A stretch of DNA of 64,000 nt from an uncultured Clostridia bacterium (GTDB lineage: Bacteria; Bacillota; Clostridia; TANB77; CAG-508): contig CALXAY010000005.1 in NCBI GenBank assembly GCA_944386415.1, forward strand, positions 3,439-67,438, given 5' to 3'. Shown piece by piece: positions 9,185 to 19,911 of the stretch (positions are counted from its first letter, which is position 1; each line of letters opens with the position of its first letter). Below the pieces are notes generated by a model, which saw nothing but the letters and a program-made list of their open reading frames with translations, made no database searches and was not told where the DNA came from. The translations under genes were made by a program, and so were the position numbers.

Positions 9185-10747
9185 ATGATTAAAATTAACA
9201 ACATAAAAATATATGATGATTTTGACAATGACGCTTTAATAAACTTTATAACTGATAAATATAAAATAAAAAAAGAGGATATTATTGAATGGCATATTGT
9301 AAAAAAATCAATAGATGCCAGAAAAAAGAATGATGTTCATTATAACTATTCTATTAATTTAAAACTAAAAAACGAAAATAAATATAGCAAATTTCCTAAA
9401 GTAGAAAAAATAGATTTACCACATATAAATATCAATAATTTAGCTAATAAAAAAGTTATTATAGTCGGATGTGGTCCTAGTGGTTTATTTTCCGCTCTTA
9501 CACTTGTTCAAAACGGTGCCTTTCCTGTTGTTATTGAACAAGGCTCTTCTGTAGAAGAAAGACAAAAACAAGTAGAAGAATTTAGAAAAACTGGCAAACT
9601 GGACAGTTTATCAAATGTTCAATTTGGTGAAGGCGGTGCTGGAACTTTTTCTGATGGAAAACTAACAACTGGTATTCATAGTCCTTTTTGTAAAAAAGTT
9701 CTTGAAGAATTTGTAAACTTTGGGGCACCTAAAGAAATTTTATATTTATCAAAACCACATATTGGAACTGATAAGCTAATTAACGTATTAAAAAATATGA
9801 GAGAATACATTATTTCTAAAGGTGGTAAATTTTTATTTAATACCAAGGTTATTGATTTTAATATATTTAATAATAAAATTACTTCTCTTATTTGTAAAGA
9901 CTATAATTCCACATATGAACTATTAGCCTCTCATATAATACTAGCAATTGGTCATAGTTCAAGAGATACTTTTCAAAAATTATATGAAAAAGGAATATTT
10001 ATGGAAAAGAAAAATTTCTCTGTTGGAGTTAGAATAGAACATTTGCAAGAATGTATAAATAAATCTCAATATGGAAATAGCAAGTTACATCTTCCTCCTG
10101 CAACATATAAGCTTTCTTGTCATTTACCTAATGGACGTTCATGCTATACATTTTGTATGTGTCCTGGTGGAGTTGTTATAGCTTCTTCTAGTGAAAAAAA
10201 CACAATTGTTACAAATGGTATGAGTAATTTTCTAAGAGATGGAAAAAATTCAAATTCAGCTATTTTAGTAAATGTTACTCCTAATGATTTTTTAGATTCT
10301 TCACCTCTTGGCGGTATTTATTTTCAAAAGGATTTAGAAGAAAAGGCATTTAAGCTTGGTGGGAATAATTATTTTGCACCTATCCAAAGAGTAGAAGATT
10401 TTCTAAATAATAAAAAATCTGAATTTATTGGAGAAATTAAACCTAGTTATTTACCAGGTGTTAAATTATCTAATTTACAAGAAATTCTACCAGAATTTGT
10501 AACATCTACACTAAAATATAGTATACCTTATTTTGATACTAAATTAAAAGGCTTCGCAAATCCTGACAGCATTTTAACAGGAATAGAAACTAGAAGTTCA
10601 TCTCCAGTTAAGATTCCAAGAAATGAAAATCTAGAATCTAATATTTATGGATTGTATCCTTGTGGAGAAGGAGCAGGATATGCAGGCGGAATTATGTCAG
10701 CATCAGTCGATGGAATCAGATGTGCTATTGCTGTTTTGGAGAGCTAA
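9185..10747 (+). CDS. FAD-dependent oxidoreductase (COG2509-like)
   Basis: VIIVGCGPSGLFSA dinucleotide-binding motif. Conserved C-terminal GEGAGYAGGI. Confidence 0.7.
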   Translation: MIKINNIKIYDDFDNDALINFITDKYKIKKEDIIEWHIVKKSIDARKKNDVHYNYSINLKLKNENKYSKFPKVEKIDLPHININNLANKKVIIVGCGPSGLFSALTLVQNGAFPVVIEQGSSVEERQKQVEEFRKTGKLDSLSNVQFGEGGAGTFSDGKLTTGIHSPFCKKVLEEFVNFGAPKEILYLSKPHIGTDKLINVLKNMREYIISKGGKFLFNTKVIDFNIFNNKITSLICKDYNSTYELLASHIILAIGHSSRDTFQKLYEKGIFMEKKNFSVGVRIEHLQECINKSQYGNSKLHLPPATYKLSCHLPNGRSCYTFCMCPGGVVIASSSEKNTIVTNGMSNFLRDGKNSNSAILVNVTPNDFLDSSPLGGIYFQKDLEEKAFKLGGNNYFAPIQRVEDFLNNKKSEFIGEIKPSYLPGVKLSNLQEILPEFVTSTLKYSIPYFDTKLKGFANPDSILTGIETRSSSPVKIPRNENLESNIYGLYPCGEGAGYAGGIMSASVDGIRCAIAVLES

Positions 10748-10748
10748 A

Positions 10749-11886
10749 TTAACTTAGCTCTCTTATTGCTTGTTCTATACTTTCTACTAAGTAATCAACA
10801 TCTTCCTTAGTATTTTCTTCTCCAAATGTTATCCTTAATGCTCCTTTTGCTTTTTTCTCAGATAATCCTATTGCTGTTAAAACATGTGAAGGTGAAGAAT
10901 CTCCTGATGAACATGCAGAACCACTAGATGCATATATTCCCTTTTCATCTAATTTTAATAACAAATTTTGAGCATCTATTGTATTAAACGAAAAATTTGC
11001 ATTTGAAGGCACTCTTAATTTTCTAGAACCATTTAATATAGCTCCATCTATTTTATTTTCAACTAAATTTATATAATAATCTCTTATTTCTTGTAAATAC
11101 CTCATATTCTTTTCTAAATTTTTCCTTGCAATTTCGCAGGCTTTACCTAATGCCACTATACCTGGAACATTTTCTGTTCCTGCTCTTTTATCTTTTTCTT
11201 GATGTCCACCATCTATTAATTTTTCTATTTTCACCCCATTTTTTATATATAATGCTCCAATTCCTTTTGGTGCATATAATTTGTGTCCAGATAATGATAA
11301 CATATCTATCCCCATTTTCTTCACATCAATAGGAATATGTCCGAACTCCTTGAACACTATCTGTATGAAATACAATATTATACATTTTAGATATTCTAGA
11401 TATCTCATATATCGGTTCAATTGTTCCTATTTCATTATTAACACTCATTATACTAATTAATATTGTATCATTTCTAATACTTCTTTTTAGTTCTTCTAAG
11501 TCTACTATTCCATCTTTATTAACATTTAAATATGTTATTTTATATCCATGTTTTTCTAATTTCTGACAAGTATGTAAAACTGCAGGATGTTCTATTTTAG
11601 AAGTTATAATATGTTTACCTTTACTAGAATTTGCATATGATATTCCTTTTATTGCCATATTATCACTCTCAGAACCACCAGCTGTAAAATATACTTCATT
11701 TGGCTCACAATTTATAAGAAATGCAACTCTTTTTCTTGCTTCTTCAATTGCTTTTTTTGCTTCTCTTCCTAAACTATATAATGATGATGGATTTCCACAT
11801 TTTTCTCCTAAAAACGGAAGCATTTCTCTAAGTACATCTTCTTTTACAGGTGTTGTTGCAGCATGGTCAAAATATCTAATTTTCAT
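10749..11886 (-). CDS. nifS: cysteine desulfurase (NifS/IscS family), split by a 1-nt indel as assembled
   Basis: N-terminal part: MKIRYFDHAATTP..HTDSVQ. C-terminal part: FGHIPIDV..SGHKLYAPKGIGALY (PLP Lys)..SSGSACSSG (Cys). The frames join if one G is removed near 11335. RBS GGAGG precedes the ATG at 11886. Confidence 0.85.
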
Positions 11887-11949
11887 AATAATCCTCCAAA
11901 ATAAAAAAGTAAAACAAAAATACATTATTTATTAATTATTATATTCACT

Positions 11950-12792
11950 TTATTTTAAAACTTGTTTAATTTTTTCAAGATTTTTAATTACTGCATCATA
12001 TCCGTATTTAAAACAACTATCCAATTTTTCTATATCAAATAGACCTGTTTTATCTGTTTTAATTGTAAGTACAAAGTCACTTAAAGCAAGGCTTTTTTCT
12101 GATATTTTATTTCCCATTATATCTAATGTTCTCATCCCTAAATCCATAATATTACTAGAACTATCTATATCATCTGCTTTAAAATTTATTGCAATTACCT
12201 TATCTGCTCCTTGTTTTTTCACTTCCAAAACAGGTATATTATCTAAAACTCCGCCGTCATAAAAACTATGTCCTTCAAACTCACAAGGACAAAATATTGC
12301 AGGAAAACTACTACTCGCTCTTACTGCTTTTCCAATTGTAATATTTGTTATATATCTATCTTTATCTTCCACATTTGGTATACGATTTGTGAATATATAT
12401 TCCTTAGCATTTTTTACGTCTACTGCTGTTATTACAAGAATTTTATCTAAAACATCTCCTACATATTTTATACCTTTCCTTAGTGCTATTTTGTTATATA
12501 CTTTTTCTAAACTAGTGCCTGTTTTTAATCCAGAAACAACTTTTTCCTTATCAAAAAAATTAGAAAACATATATCCAGAATTTAACCCTGCAATCTCTTT
12601 AGAATACATTTTAAATGCTTCATATATATAATAAGGTGAATATCCAATTGCATATAAGGAAGATATTAAAGCTCCTGAACTTGTACCTCCAATTACACTT
12701 ATTTTTATATTATTATCTTCTAATGCTTTTAATGCACCAGCATGAGCTATTCCTCTTATTCCTCCTCCTGATAATGCTAAACCTAATTTCAA
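11950..12792 (-). CDS. patatin-like phospholipase
   Basis: GGGIRGIAHAG, GTSSGA (nucleophile elbow), DGG. Confidence 0.85.
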   Translation of the reverse strand: MKLGLALSGGGIRGIAHAGALKALEDNNIKISVIGGTSSGALISSLYAIGYSPYYIYEAFKMYSKEIAGLNSGYMFSNFFDKEKVVSGLKTGTSLEKVYNKIALRKGIKYVGDVLDKILVITAVDVKNAKEYIFTNRIPNVEDKDRYITNITIGKAVRASSSFPAIFCPCEFEGHSFYDGGVLDNIPVLEVKKQGADKVIAINFKADDIDSSSNIMDLGMRTLDIMGNKISEKSLALSDFVLTIKTDKTGLFDIEKLDSCFKYGYDAVIKNLEKIKQVLK

Positions 12793-12866
12793 AATATCAC
12801 TTCTTTCCTAAATCCATTTTCCATTATTTATATTATTTACTTTTTCCCTATGTTTTAAACAGAAAA

Positions 12867-12890
12867 AAAGTTACTATTTCTAGTAACTTT
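12867..12890 (-). terminator. intrinsic terminator downstream of the GLUG-gene tail fragment
   Basis: Perfect 10-bp stem aaagttacta/tagtaacttt with a 4-nt loop and a U-run on the minus strand. Confidence 0.55.
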
Positions 12891-12895
12891 AATCT

Positions 12896-12967
12896 CTACT
12901 CCCAATAAAGAATTGGATAACATTCTTTTATATTTTCTACATCATCTTTAAATTCCGCTCCTAATAT
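12896..12967 (-). pseudogene. 3'-terminal remnant of a third GLUG/pilin-like paralog
   Basis: Translates ILGAEFKDDVENIKECYPILYWE*. The intact paralog tails are FLGNKFKSNTTGINNNYYPILYWQ* and SLGDAFKQDIDNVNDGYPILSWQ*. An in-frame stop lies immediately upstream. Confidence 0.6.
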
Positions 12968-13259
12968 TTAGCCATAAATCTATCATTTTGTATAATAGTT
13001 AATTTGTTTATTTTTTATATTAGAACAGTTTATACATCTATTTCACCTATTCAATATTCGTCTCTACCTTCACTAACAGTTTTTAATGTTTTTAAAATTA
13101 TGTAGACTTATTCTTAAAAAGTACCAAGTTCTCATAATGAACCATGTGCTATTATAGTTCCATAATTCTTAAATGAATTATATAATATATATTGGAAATA
13201 TGTAGCAAAACTTTTCATAAAATTCACTACCTGCTTATCAAAAATGAAAGAGAATTGTT

Positions 13260-14637
13260 TTATTGCCAATATAAAATCGGATAATAATTATTATTTATTC
13301 CTGTTGTATTACTCTTAAATTTATTTCCTAAAAAACTCGCAGCATTTTCTAGTTCATCGCTATTTAGCACCTTTATTCCACTTGTTTCGTTACTATATTG
13401 ACCTTCTAGAGCGTAGCAATTATTTACAGTTGATAGGTTTATTCTTCCTATAACTGAATTTATTTCAGTTGCTTTATTTCCATTAATTACTCCTGTGTTA
13501 TAACAATTTTCTGCACTACTGTTTTGAATATGACCTACTACACCACCAATATAATCTTCATCTCCGGTTATTTCACCAATATTATAGCAATCTCTAACAA
13601 TACAATTAATATAAAGCTTTCCAGCTATTCCTCCTATATTATCAGATTTTCCATATACAGAACCTTCGTTATATGATGTTTCTACTATTGATTCAAGCTG
13701 CACTTGACCTACTATTCCCCCTATCCAGGTTCCAGTTCCTTCTATACTTCCTGAATTATAGCAATTTAAAACTGTGCTATTTTTTTCACTATTTCCAACT
13801 ATTCCTCCAACACTACTAGTTCCTTTTACGCTTGCTTTGCTATAACAATTATTTACTTTAGTTTCATTATATGCATAAGCAATTACTCCTCCCGTTACAC
13901 CTTCTCCACTAACACTAGCACTTTCTCCTACACCTAGATTTGCAATTTTTGCACCATTTACTAAACCAAACAATCCTTGTACTTTTTCTGTACTATTAAT
14001 AGTGAAATTATCTATTTCGTATCCACAGCCATCAAAAATACCTCTAAATGGTTTGTTATTATCAGCATTAGGTGCATTTACATTTTCTGGCATATAATAA
14101 CCAATTGGCTTCCATCCTTCTCCACCTAAATCCATATCACTTGTAAGCAATACTACTTTTCCTTCATAACTATTTCCATTATTCACATCGTCTCTAAAAT
14201 CTTTTAGCTGTTGTTCTGTGCTTATTTCTGTTATATTATCACTATTTATTACTGTTTTATCATCATTAACATAGTATTTTCTTTGTGTATCATTTATAGT
14301 TATTAAGAAACTTCCATCTCCATTTGCAACTAATTGATAACCATCATTTCCAAATTGGTTTGTTAATTCACTTGTAAAACTATCCGTATCTAAAACATCT
14401 GCATATCCGTTGTCAGTAACACTGCTTCCTAATACTGCCATTTTTATTTTTTCCTCTTCCTCTGCTTTTGTTGTTCTTTCCTTTGCATTAGTTGCTTGGT
14501 TTAAAATTCCATTCTCGCCTGTTAGCATTGCAATAGTTACACTAGCAAGTATTAAAAGGACAATGATAGTAATAACAAGTGCAATTAATGTTATTCCGTC
14601 TATTCTTTTTTATTTTTTCGATTTTTATTTTTCCCAT
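13260..14637 (-). CDS. GLUG-motif repeat protein with type IV pilin-like N-terminal signal; frameshifted in an A-run as assembled
   Basis: Repeated GG(I/V)(V/A)G + NCYN units. ATG at 14637 (RBS AAGGAG) gives MGKIKIEKIK. Removing one A from the A6 runs (14606..14618) then restores RIDGITLIALVITIIVLLILASVTIAMLTGENGIL. Confidence 0.8.
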
Positions 14638-14972
14638 TTTACCTTTTCTCCTTTTCTTTAGTATTTCCTTCTTACTATTTTTCATACTTTTAGCTATATT
14701 GTATTTAATTAAAGATAAGAAATTACTGTTATTTTATAAATTTAGAACATTGCCTTACTATATACTCCGAATTTATTTATACTTTTGTAAGACATTTATA
14801 AATATCTCATTTTTTATCTGGTTTTGTAGTTTTTATCTTATATATATTTGTTTTATTAATATATATCTTAATAATATTTAGTGGTATTAATTTTTTATAG
14901 TTTTATATTTATAATTTTTATATAGATAACATTTATCTTAATAAGTTATATATAAAGATAGGAGGAGATTAT

Positions 14973-15236
14973 ATGACTTCCATGCAACTTGTAGGTTTAA
15001 ATACTAAATATTATAGATATCAAAATAAATTAACACAAGAACAATTTGCTAATAAAACAAAATTTAAAGTTGCATACTTAAGTACTATAGAAACTGGAGA
15101 TGCAAATTTAACTTTAAAAAACGTAGATTTAATAGCTAGTTCTTTTGGTATAAAACCAACTCTATTATTTAATGAAGAAACTGCTAAACTTGCTAAAAAG
15201 TTACCACCTAGAGTAGATATGTATATAAATAATTAG
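14973..15236 (+). CDS. XRE-family HTH transcriptional regulator
   Basis: LTQEQFANKTKFKVAYLSTIETGDANLTLKNVDLIASSFGI. Divergent from the GLUG gene. Confidence 0.8.
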   Translation: MTSMQLVGLNTKYYRYQNKLTQEQFANKTKFKVAYLSTIETGDANLTLKNVDLIASSFGIKPTLLFNEETAKLAKKLPPRVDMYINN

Positions 15237-15272
15237 CAGTTTTAGAATCTAAATTGCGTTCTTGTATTTATG

Positions 15273-15308
15273 TTTTATCTTATTAAGTTATATCTTAATA
15301 AGATAAAA
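15273..15308 (+). terminator. hairpin after the XRE gene (perfect 15-bp inverted repeat)
   Basis: ttttatcttattaag / ttatat / cttaataagataaaa. Contains the TATCTTAATAAG motif also found twice upstream of the gene. Confidence 0.5.
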
Positions 15309-15442
15309 CTATTATAGCATTCTAATTTCTTAAAGTCAATAAAAACTATTATAATTTTGTAATAAAAAAAGTAAGGTAACTTTGTGAAGTTCCTTACTTT
15401 TTTCTTTCTATCTTCTTAAAATCATTTTATATTTTATTCCGT

Positions 15443-17221
15443 TTACTGTTGTCCAGTCTCTCGCTCTGTTATTTGTTCTTGGTTTTGTGTATTTAAATCT
15501 GTATAATAAAATTCTCCTAGTCCATATTGCACTCTGTAATATTTTCCTATAAAATATGGTTCTATTTCTTCATTTAATACATATGTTGGAGCTATAACTT
15601 CTTCACCTTTAGAATTTACAACTCCCCATTTACCATCTAATCTTACACCTGCAAATCCATATTCATTAAATTCTGTAACTTTATCATATTTTGCTTCTAC
15701 AACTGTATTACCATTTTTGTCTGTAAATCCCCATTTTTCATTTTCTTTATTGGCAAATAATGTATTATTTGGATATACTTCTGTATCTTTTAATTCTTTT
15801 CCCTGTTTATCAAAATATCTTGTTTCAGTATCATTAAATATTTTAATATAATCATCTTTTACTTCAACATTTGCATTTGTCATTTGACAAAGTTCTGCCA
15901 TATCCTTTGAATATAATTTTGTTGTACTATCTTCAGTTGTACTTGCTTGTATAACATTTGTTCCTTCAATTTTTTGGAGTGCATCATTTCTCAATTCTAT
16001 TTTAATATTATCATGACTATCAATTACACCTAATTTTGCTTGTTCATTACTTGCAATAAAATAATCATCAAATAAATATTCTATATAATTATATTTTTCT
16101 TCTATTACTTGTTCTCCCTCTTTGTTTATCACTCCATATTTTGTTCCATTTTCATTATTTATTCTTATTTTATATTTTTCATTTGAAGTATTTAATATAG
16201 CTATATTTCTATCTATATTTGCTTGTGTTCCGTCACTATTATAAACTGTTACACCTTGACTATTTTGTGCATATAGATATATACCTGTAATATCTATTTG
16301 ATTATATTCTGCTGGTACAATTACTTTACCATCTAAATTTGCAATTCCAAATTTCTTACTTTTTTCTATTGTAAATAATTTATTGCTTTCATCATATTCA
16401 ATAGATTGATATTCATTTGGTATTAATTCTTCATCATTTCTCATTATTCCAAATTGACCATTTTTGGCACACAATATATAAGTATTTTGATTATCTATAA
16501 TTCCTATAACCCTAGACAATTGATTATATTCTGGTTCTAATAATAATTTCCCGTCATATTTTATATAACCATATCTATATCCTTCTTCTGTTGTATTAGA
16601 TATAATATATCCTGCAAATTTATAATTGTTTTCAGATGTATAATATCCATCTACTGAAATTTTATTATATTTAATATCAACTAATTTATTACCTTTTATA
16701 TTAATTACTCCGTATTTCTCATCTTGTTTAACTAACAATTCTCCCTCTTTATATGGTAACCCTTCAATTGATTCGTAAACTGGCTTTGTTATTTCTTTAC
16801 CATTAAAATCAATAAGACCAAATTTTCCGTCTTTCTCATATTTTAATACACTTTTTTCATACATTAAATCACTTGAAATATTTTGTAATCCTATTGGTTC
16901 TACATTATTATAATCTGTTAAAATTTCTTCTTTTCTTTCATTTAAAACTTTTGTATTTTCTCCTTCATAACATATATAGAGAGCTTTTTCAGGATTTGGT
17001 ATTACTACACTATCAAATTGCGGATCAATTATAATGTTACCTCCTCTATCTATTACACCTGATAACTCATCTTTTTCTAATACGAAATAATTATAAGTAC
17101 TTACCTGTTCTACTTCATATTCTCTGGCATTTTTGTATATAAAATATACAGAAACTCCAACAATTATTGCTATTACTAATACCACAATTATAATGTTACG
17201 AATTATAAAATTTCTTTTCAT
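15443..17221 (-). CDS. membrane-anchored WG-repeat (KWG-like) protein
   Basis: N-terminal TM helix. Many repeats of the form GK(F/Y)G(L/V)I(D/N)..G..(I/V)..P.Y..I. Confidence 0.75.
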   Translation of the reverse strand: MKRNFIIRNIIIVVLVIAIIVGVSVYFIYKNAREYEVEQVSTYNYFVLEKDELSGVIDRGGNIIIDPQFDSVVIPNPEKALYICYEGENTKVLNERKEEILTDYNNVEPIGLQNISSDLMYEKSVLKYEKDGKFGLIDFNGKEITKPVYESIEGLPYKEGELLVKQDEKYGVINIKGNKLVDIKYNKISVDGYYTSENNYKFAGYIISNTTEEGYRYGYIKYDGKLLLEPEYNQLSRVIGIIDNQNTYILCAKNGQFGIMRNDEELIPNEYQSIEYDESNKLFTIEKSKKFGIANLDGKVIVPAEYNQIDITGIYLYAQNSQGVTVYNSDGTQANIDRNIAILNTSNEKYKIRINNENGTKYGVINKEGEQVIEEKYNYIEYLFDDYFIASNEQAKLGVIDSHDNIKIELRNDALQKIEGTNVIQASTTEDSTTKLYSKDMAELCQMTNANVEVKDDYIKIFNDTETRYFDKQGKELKDTEVYPNNTLFANKENEKWGFTDKNGNTVVEAKYDKVTEFNEYGFAGVRLDGKWGVVNSKGEEVIAPTYVLNEEIEPYFIGKYYRVQYGLGEFYYTDLNTQNQEQITERETGQQ

Positions 17222-17236
17222 ATTAAAATCCTTTCT

Positions 17237-18572
17237 CTATTCTTCTTCCTTTTCATCTTGTTCTTCATTTTCTTCTTCAATATTATTTTTGCAAGCTTTT
17301 ACTTTTATTATTCTTTTATCTTCATATTCTTCTATTTTATATGTTACCATCTCTGTTTCGATTATAGGATTTTCTTCATCTTTTGGTATTCTTCCTAATT
17401 CTTCTTGTAAATATCCGGGATAATGTATCATAATCCCCCTCTGGAATTTTTGCATCTAACAATTTATTAACATCATATATTGGAAGACTTCCTGATAATA
17501 AATATGTATTATCATCTATTTTCTCATATTCTTTTTCTACCTTGTCATATTCATCATATATATCTCCAACTAGTTCCTCTAAAATATCTTCCATAGTAAT
17601 TAATCCTTCTGTTCCTCCATATTCATCAACAATAATTGCAATTTGAGTTTTGTTTTTCTGTAATTCTTTGAATACCTCATTTATTAATCTATTTTGTGAT
17701 ACAAAATAAGCTTCTTTTACTACATTTTTAACTTTAAAAGATTTTTTCCTTATATTTTTTAGTACATCTTTAACATATAATATACCTTTTATTTCATCTA
17801 TTGTTTCATCATATACAGGTATTCTACTATATCGAAACTCCTCTTTTTCTAGTTCATCCATTAATTCGTCTGTACTAATATTTATATCTACTGCAAATAT
17901 ATCTTTTCTATGTCTCATAATTTCTGATACTGTTATATCATTAAATTCAAAAACATTATTTATTAATTCTTTTTCTTCCTCTTTGATATTTCCGCTTTCT
18001 TCCCCTTGGTCTACCATCATTTTAATTTCTTCTTCTGTTACTTGTTCTTCATCTGTTTCAGATACTCCAAACATTTTTGATACTGCATTTGTAACAAAAG
18101 TTAATAATTTTACAAATGGTGATGTCAAAATAAATATTGCTCTTATTATACCAATAGTTCCAAATGATATTTTTTCATAATATTTCATAGCAAGTCTTTT
18201 TGGAACTAATTCTCCTAATACTAAAGTAAAAAATGACAATATAATTGTAATTAATATGATTGATATACTGTTCCATACTCCTTGGCTAAAAAATGGCATT
18301 AAATCATATAAAATTGGTGATAATTTTTCTGCAAATGCGTCTGATGCAAACGCACTTGATAAAAATCCTGCTAAAGTAATTCCTATTTGTATTGTTGCTA
18401 AGAATTTACTTGGTGATTTTAACATTCCTTCAATTTGTCTTGCTTTCTTATTTCCTTCTTTTGCTTGTTTTTCTATTTTAGCATCATTTAATGAGATAAA
18501 AGCAATCTCACTTGCTGCAAAAAATGCATTGATAAAAATTAGTATTACTAAAACAATAAGTTGTGCTAACAT
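17237..18572 (-). CDS. CNNM/TlyC-family transporter-associated protein (DUF21-CBS-CorC_HlyC), frameshifted as assembled
   Basis: TM-rich DUF21 N-terminus and a CBS pair. The CorC_HlyC tail (GYLQEELGRIPKDEE..IEEYEDKRIIKVKA) is in the next frame. It rejoins if one C of the CCC run (plus-strand GGG 17417..17419) is removed: DYDTLSGYLQEELGRIP. Confidence 0.85.
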
Positions 18573-18830
18573 TAAAAAATCTACTCTCCTTCTTTTATTA
18601 AAATATTACATGTATATTGTACCAAAAACAATTCATAAATTCAACTAAAAATAATGCTTATTAAAAATTTTCTTTTTTTATTACTTATATTATAACTAAA
18701 TATTTATATTCTCTGCAATATTTTAATTTTTTATATTTAACTCAAATAACTTTAAAAAATTGAGGTTGCTTTTAGAGCCACCTCAACTTAAACATCTTAT
18801 TTATAAAAATTTTCTAGCTTATTCTTCTTT

Positions 18831-19745
18831 TTATTTTACATCTTTTAAATTTATACATTTTATTCCAAATATTAGAATAAAAATAATAACTATTCCTAAT
18901 ATCACACACAGTGCTATATCTATTCCTGTTTTTGGTAATTGTGTTTTTGCAGTTTCATTATTAATTAAATTTTTATTACCGCTAATTTGGTTATCGCTAT
19001 TTTGACTAATTATATTTTGTTCAAGAATTGAAGAATTTTCTTCTCCTGATATAGTATTTCCATTATTTTGTCCACCCTGAAATGAATCTTTTACCATTTC
19101 TGCATATTCATGAACTTTTGAAAAATCTCCATTTGGATTAATTCTCATAGTTCCTACTACCCTACAAGATGTGTCTGTTACATCCTGTAGCTCTGTAGTA
19201 AGTTCATATGTGTTTCCATATTGACTATCATTATAGATTTGAGGTTCACCATATGAAGATTTAAGATATTCTATGATATTATTATCAATTTGTGAATTAA
19301 TAGACGAATCTATATTGATTCCTCCTGCACTTTCCAGTAAAGTCATTGCATAATATAGGAATGCCTCTTTAGGAATGACATTATTTAAACTTGCAATAGA
19401 AATATATGGCACAACAACTATTCCTGCATTTTGATTTTGTATTGCATATTCCATAGGTGTCATTCCTTGCTGTACATCAAAACTAAAAGAAAAAGTTGGC
19501 TCATTTGATAAATCATATTGCATCTCTAATTCTTGATTATCATAAGTGAGACTTATTGTATTATCACCAACATTTAGTTGTGAAATTCCCAAATCTAACT
19601 CATCATTTGAAATCACATTTTGAAGTTCCTGTGATAAACTCTCTTTTGTAACTTGTGCTATGGCTGCATAGCAATTTGAATATAAAATAAATAATATAAT
19701 AATTAAAATTATTATGATTTTTATTATCTTTTGTCCTTTCATCAT
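18831..19745 (-). CDS. LPXTG-anchored cell-wall surface protein
   Basis: Signal peptide. C-terminal LPKTG, a hydrophobic helix and a KDVK tail. Start moved to the ATG at 19745 behind a GGGGA RBS. Confidence 0.75.
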   Translation of the reverse strand: MMKGQKIIKIIIILIIILFILYSNCYAAIAQVTKESLSQELQNVISNDELDLGISQLNVGDNTISLTYDNQELEMQYDLSNEPTFSFSFDVQQGMTPMEYAIQNQNAGIVVVPYISIASLNNVIPKEAFLYYAMTLLESAGGINIDSSINSQIDNNIIEYLKSSYGEPQIYNDSQYGNTYELTTELQDVTDTSCRVVGTMRINPNGDFSKVHEYAEMVKDSFQGGQNNGNTISGEENSSILEQNIISQNSDNQISGNKNLINNETAKTQLPKTGIDIALCVILGIVIIFILIFGIKCINLKDVK

Positions 19746-19871
19746 TTTTCCCCTTTTTATTAAATATATTGTATATTTTAACATACTAAAATTTTTAATA
19801 CAAGTACTTAAATCTCTTTTTTATTTAGCAATATTTCTAAAATACTTATTTTAATTTTCTATAACTAATAC

Positions 19872-19907
19872 AAAGTCAAATAGTAAAATTAATTACTATT
19901 TGACTTT
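19872..19907 (-). terminator. intrinsic terminator directly after the adhesin stop
   Basis: Perfect 15-bp stem aaagtcaaatagtaa/ttactatttgacttt with a 6-nt loop, starting 5 nt after the stop at 19912. Confidence 0.65.
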
Positions 19908-19911
19908 ACTT

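Noticed and set aside
17237-17455. 72-aa ORF as a separate acidic protein
   Set aside because: It is the CorC_HlyC tail of the CNNM-family gene, displaced by a 1-nt insertion in a CCC run.
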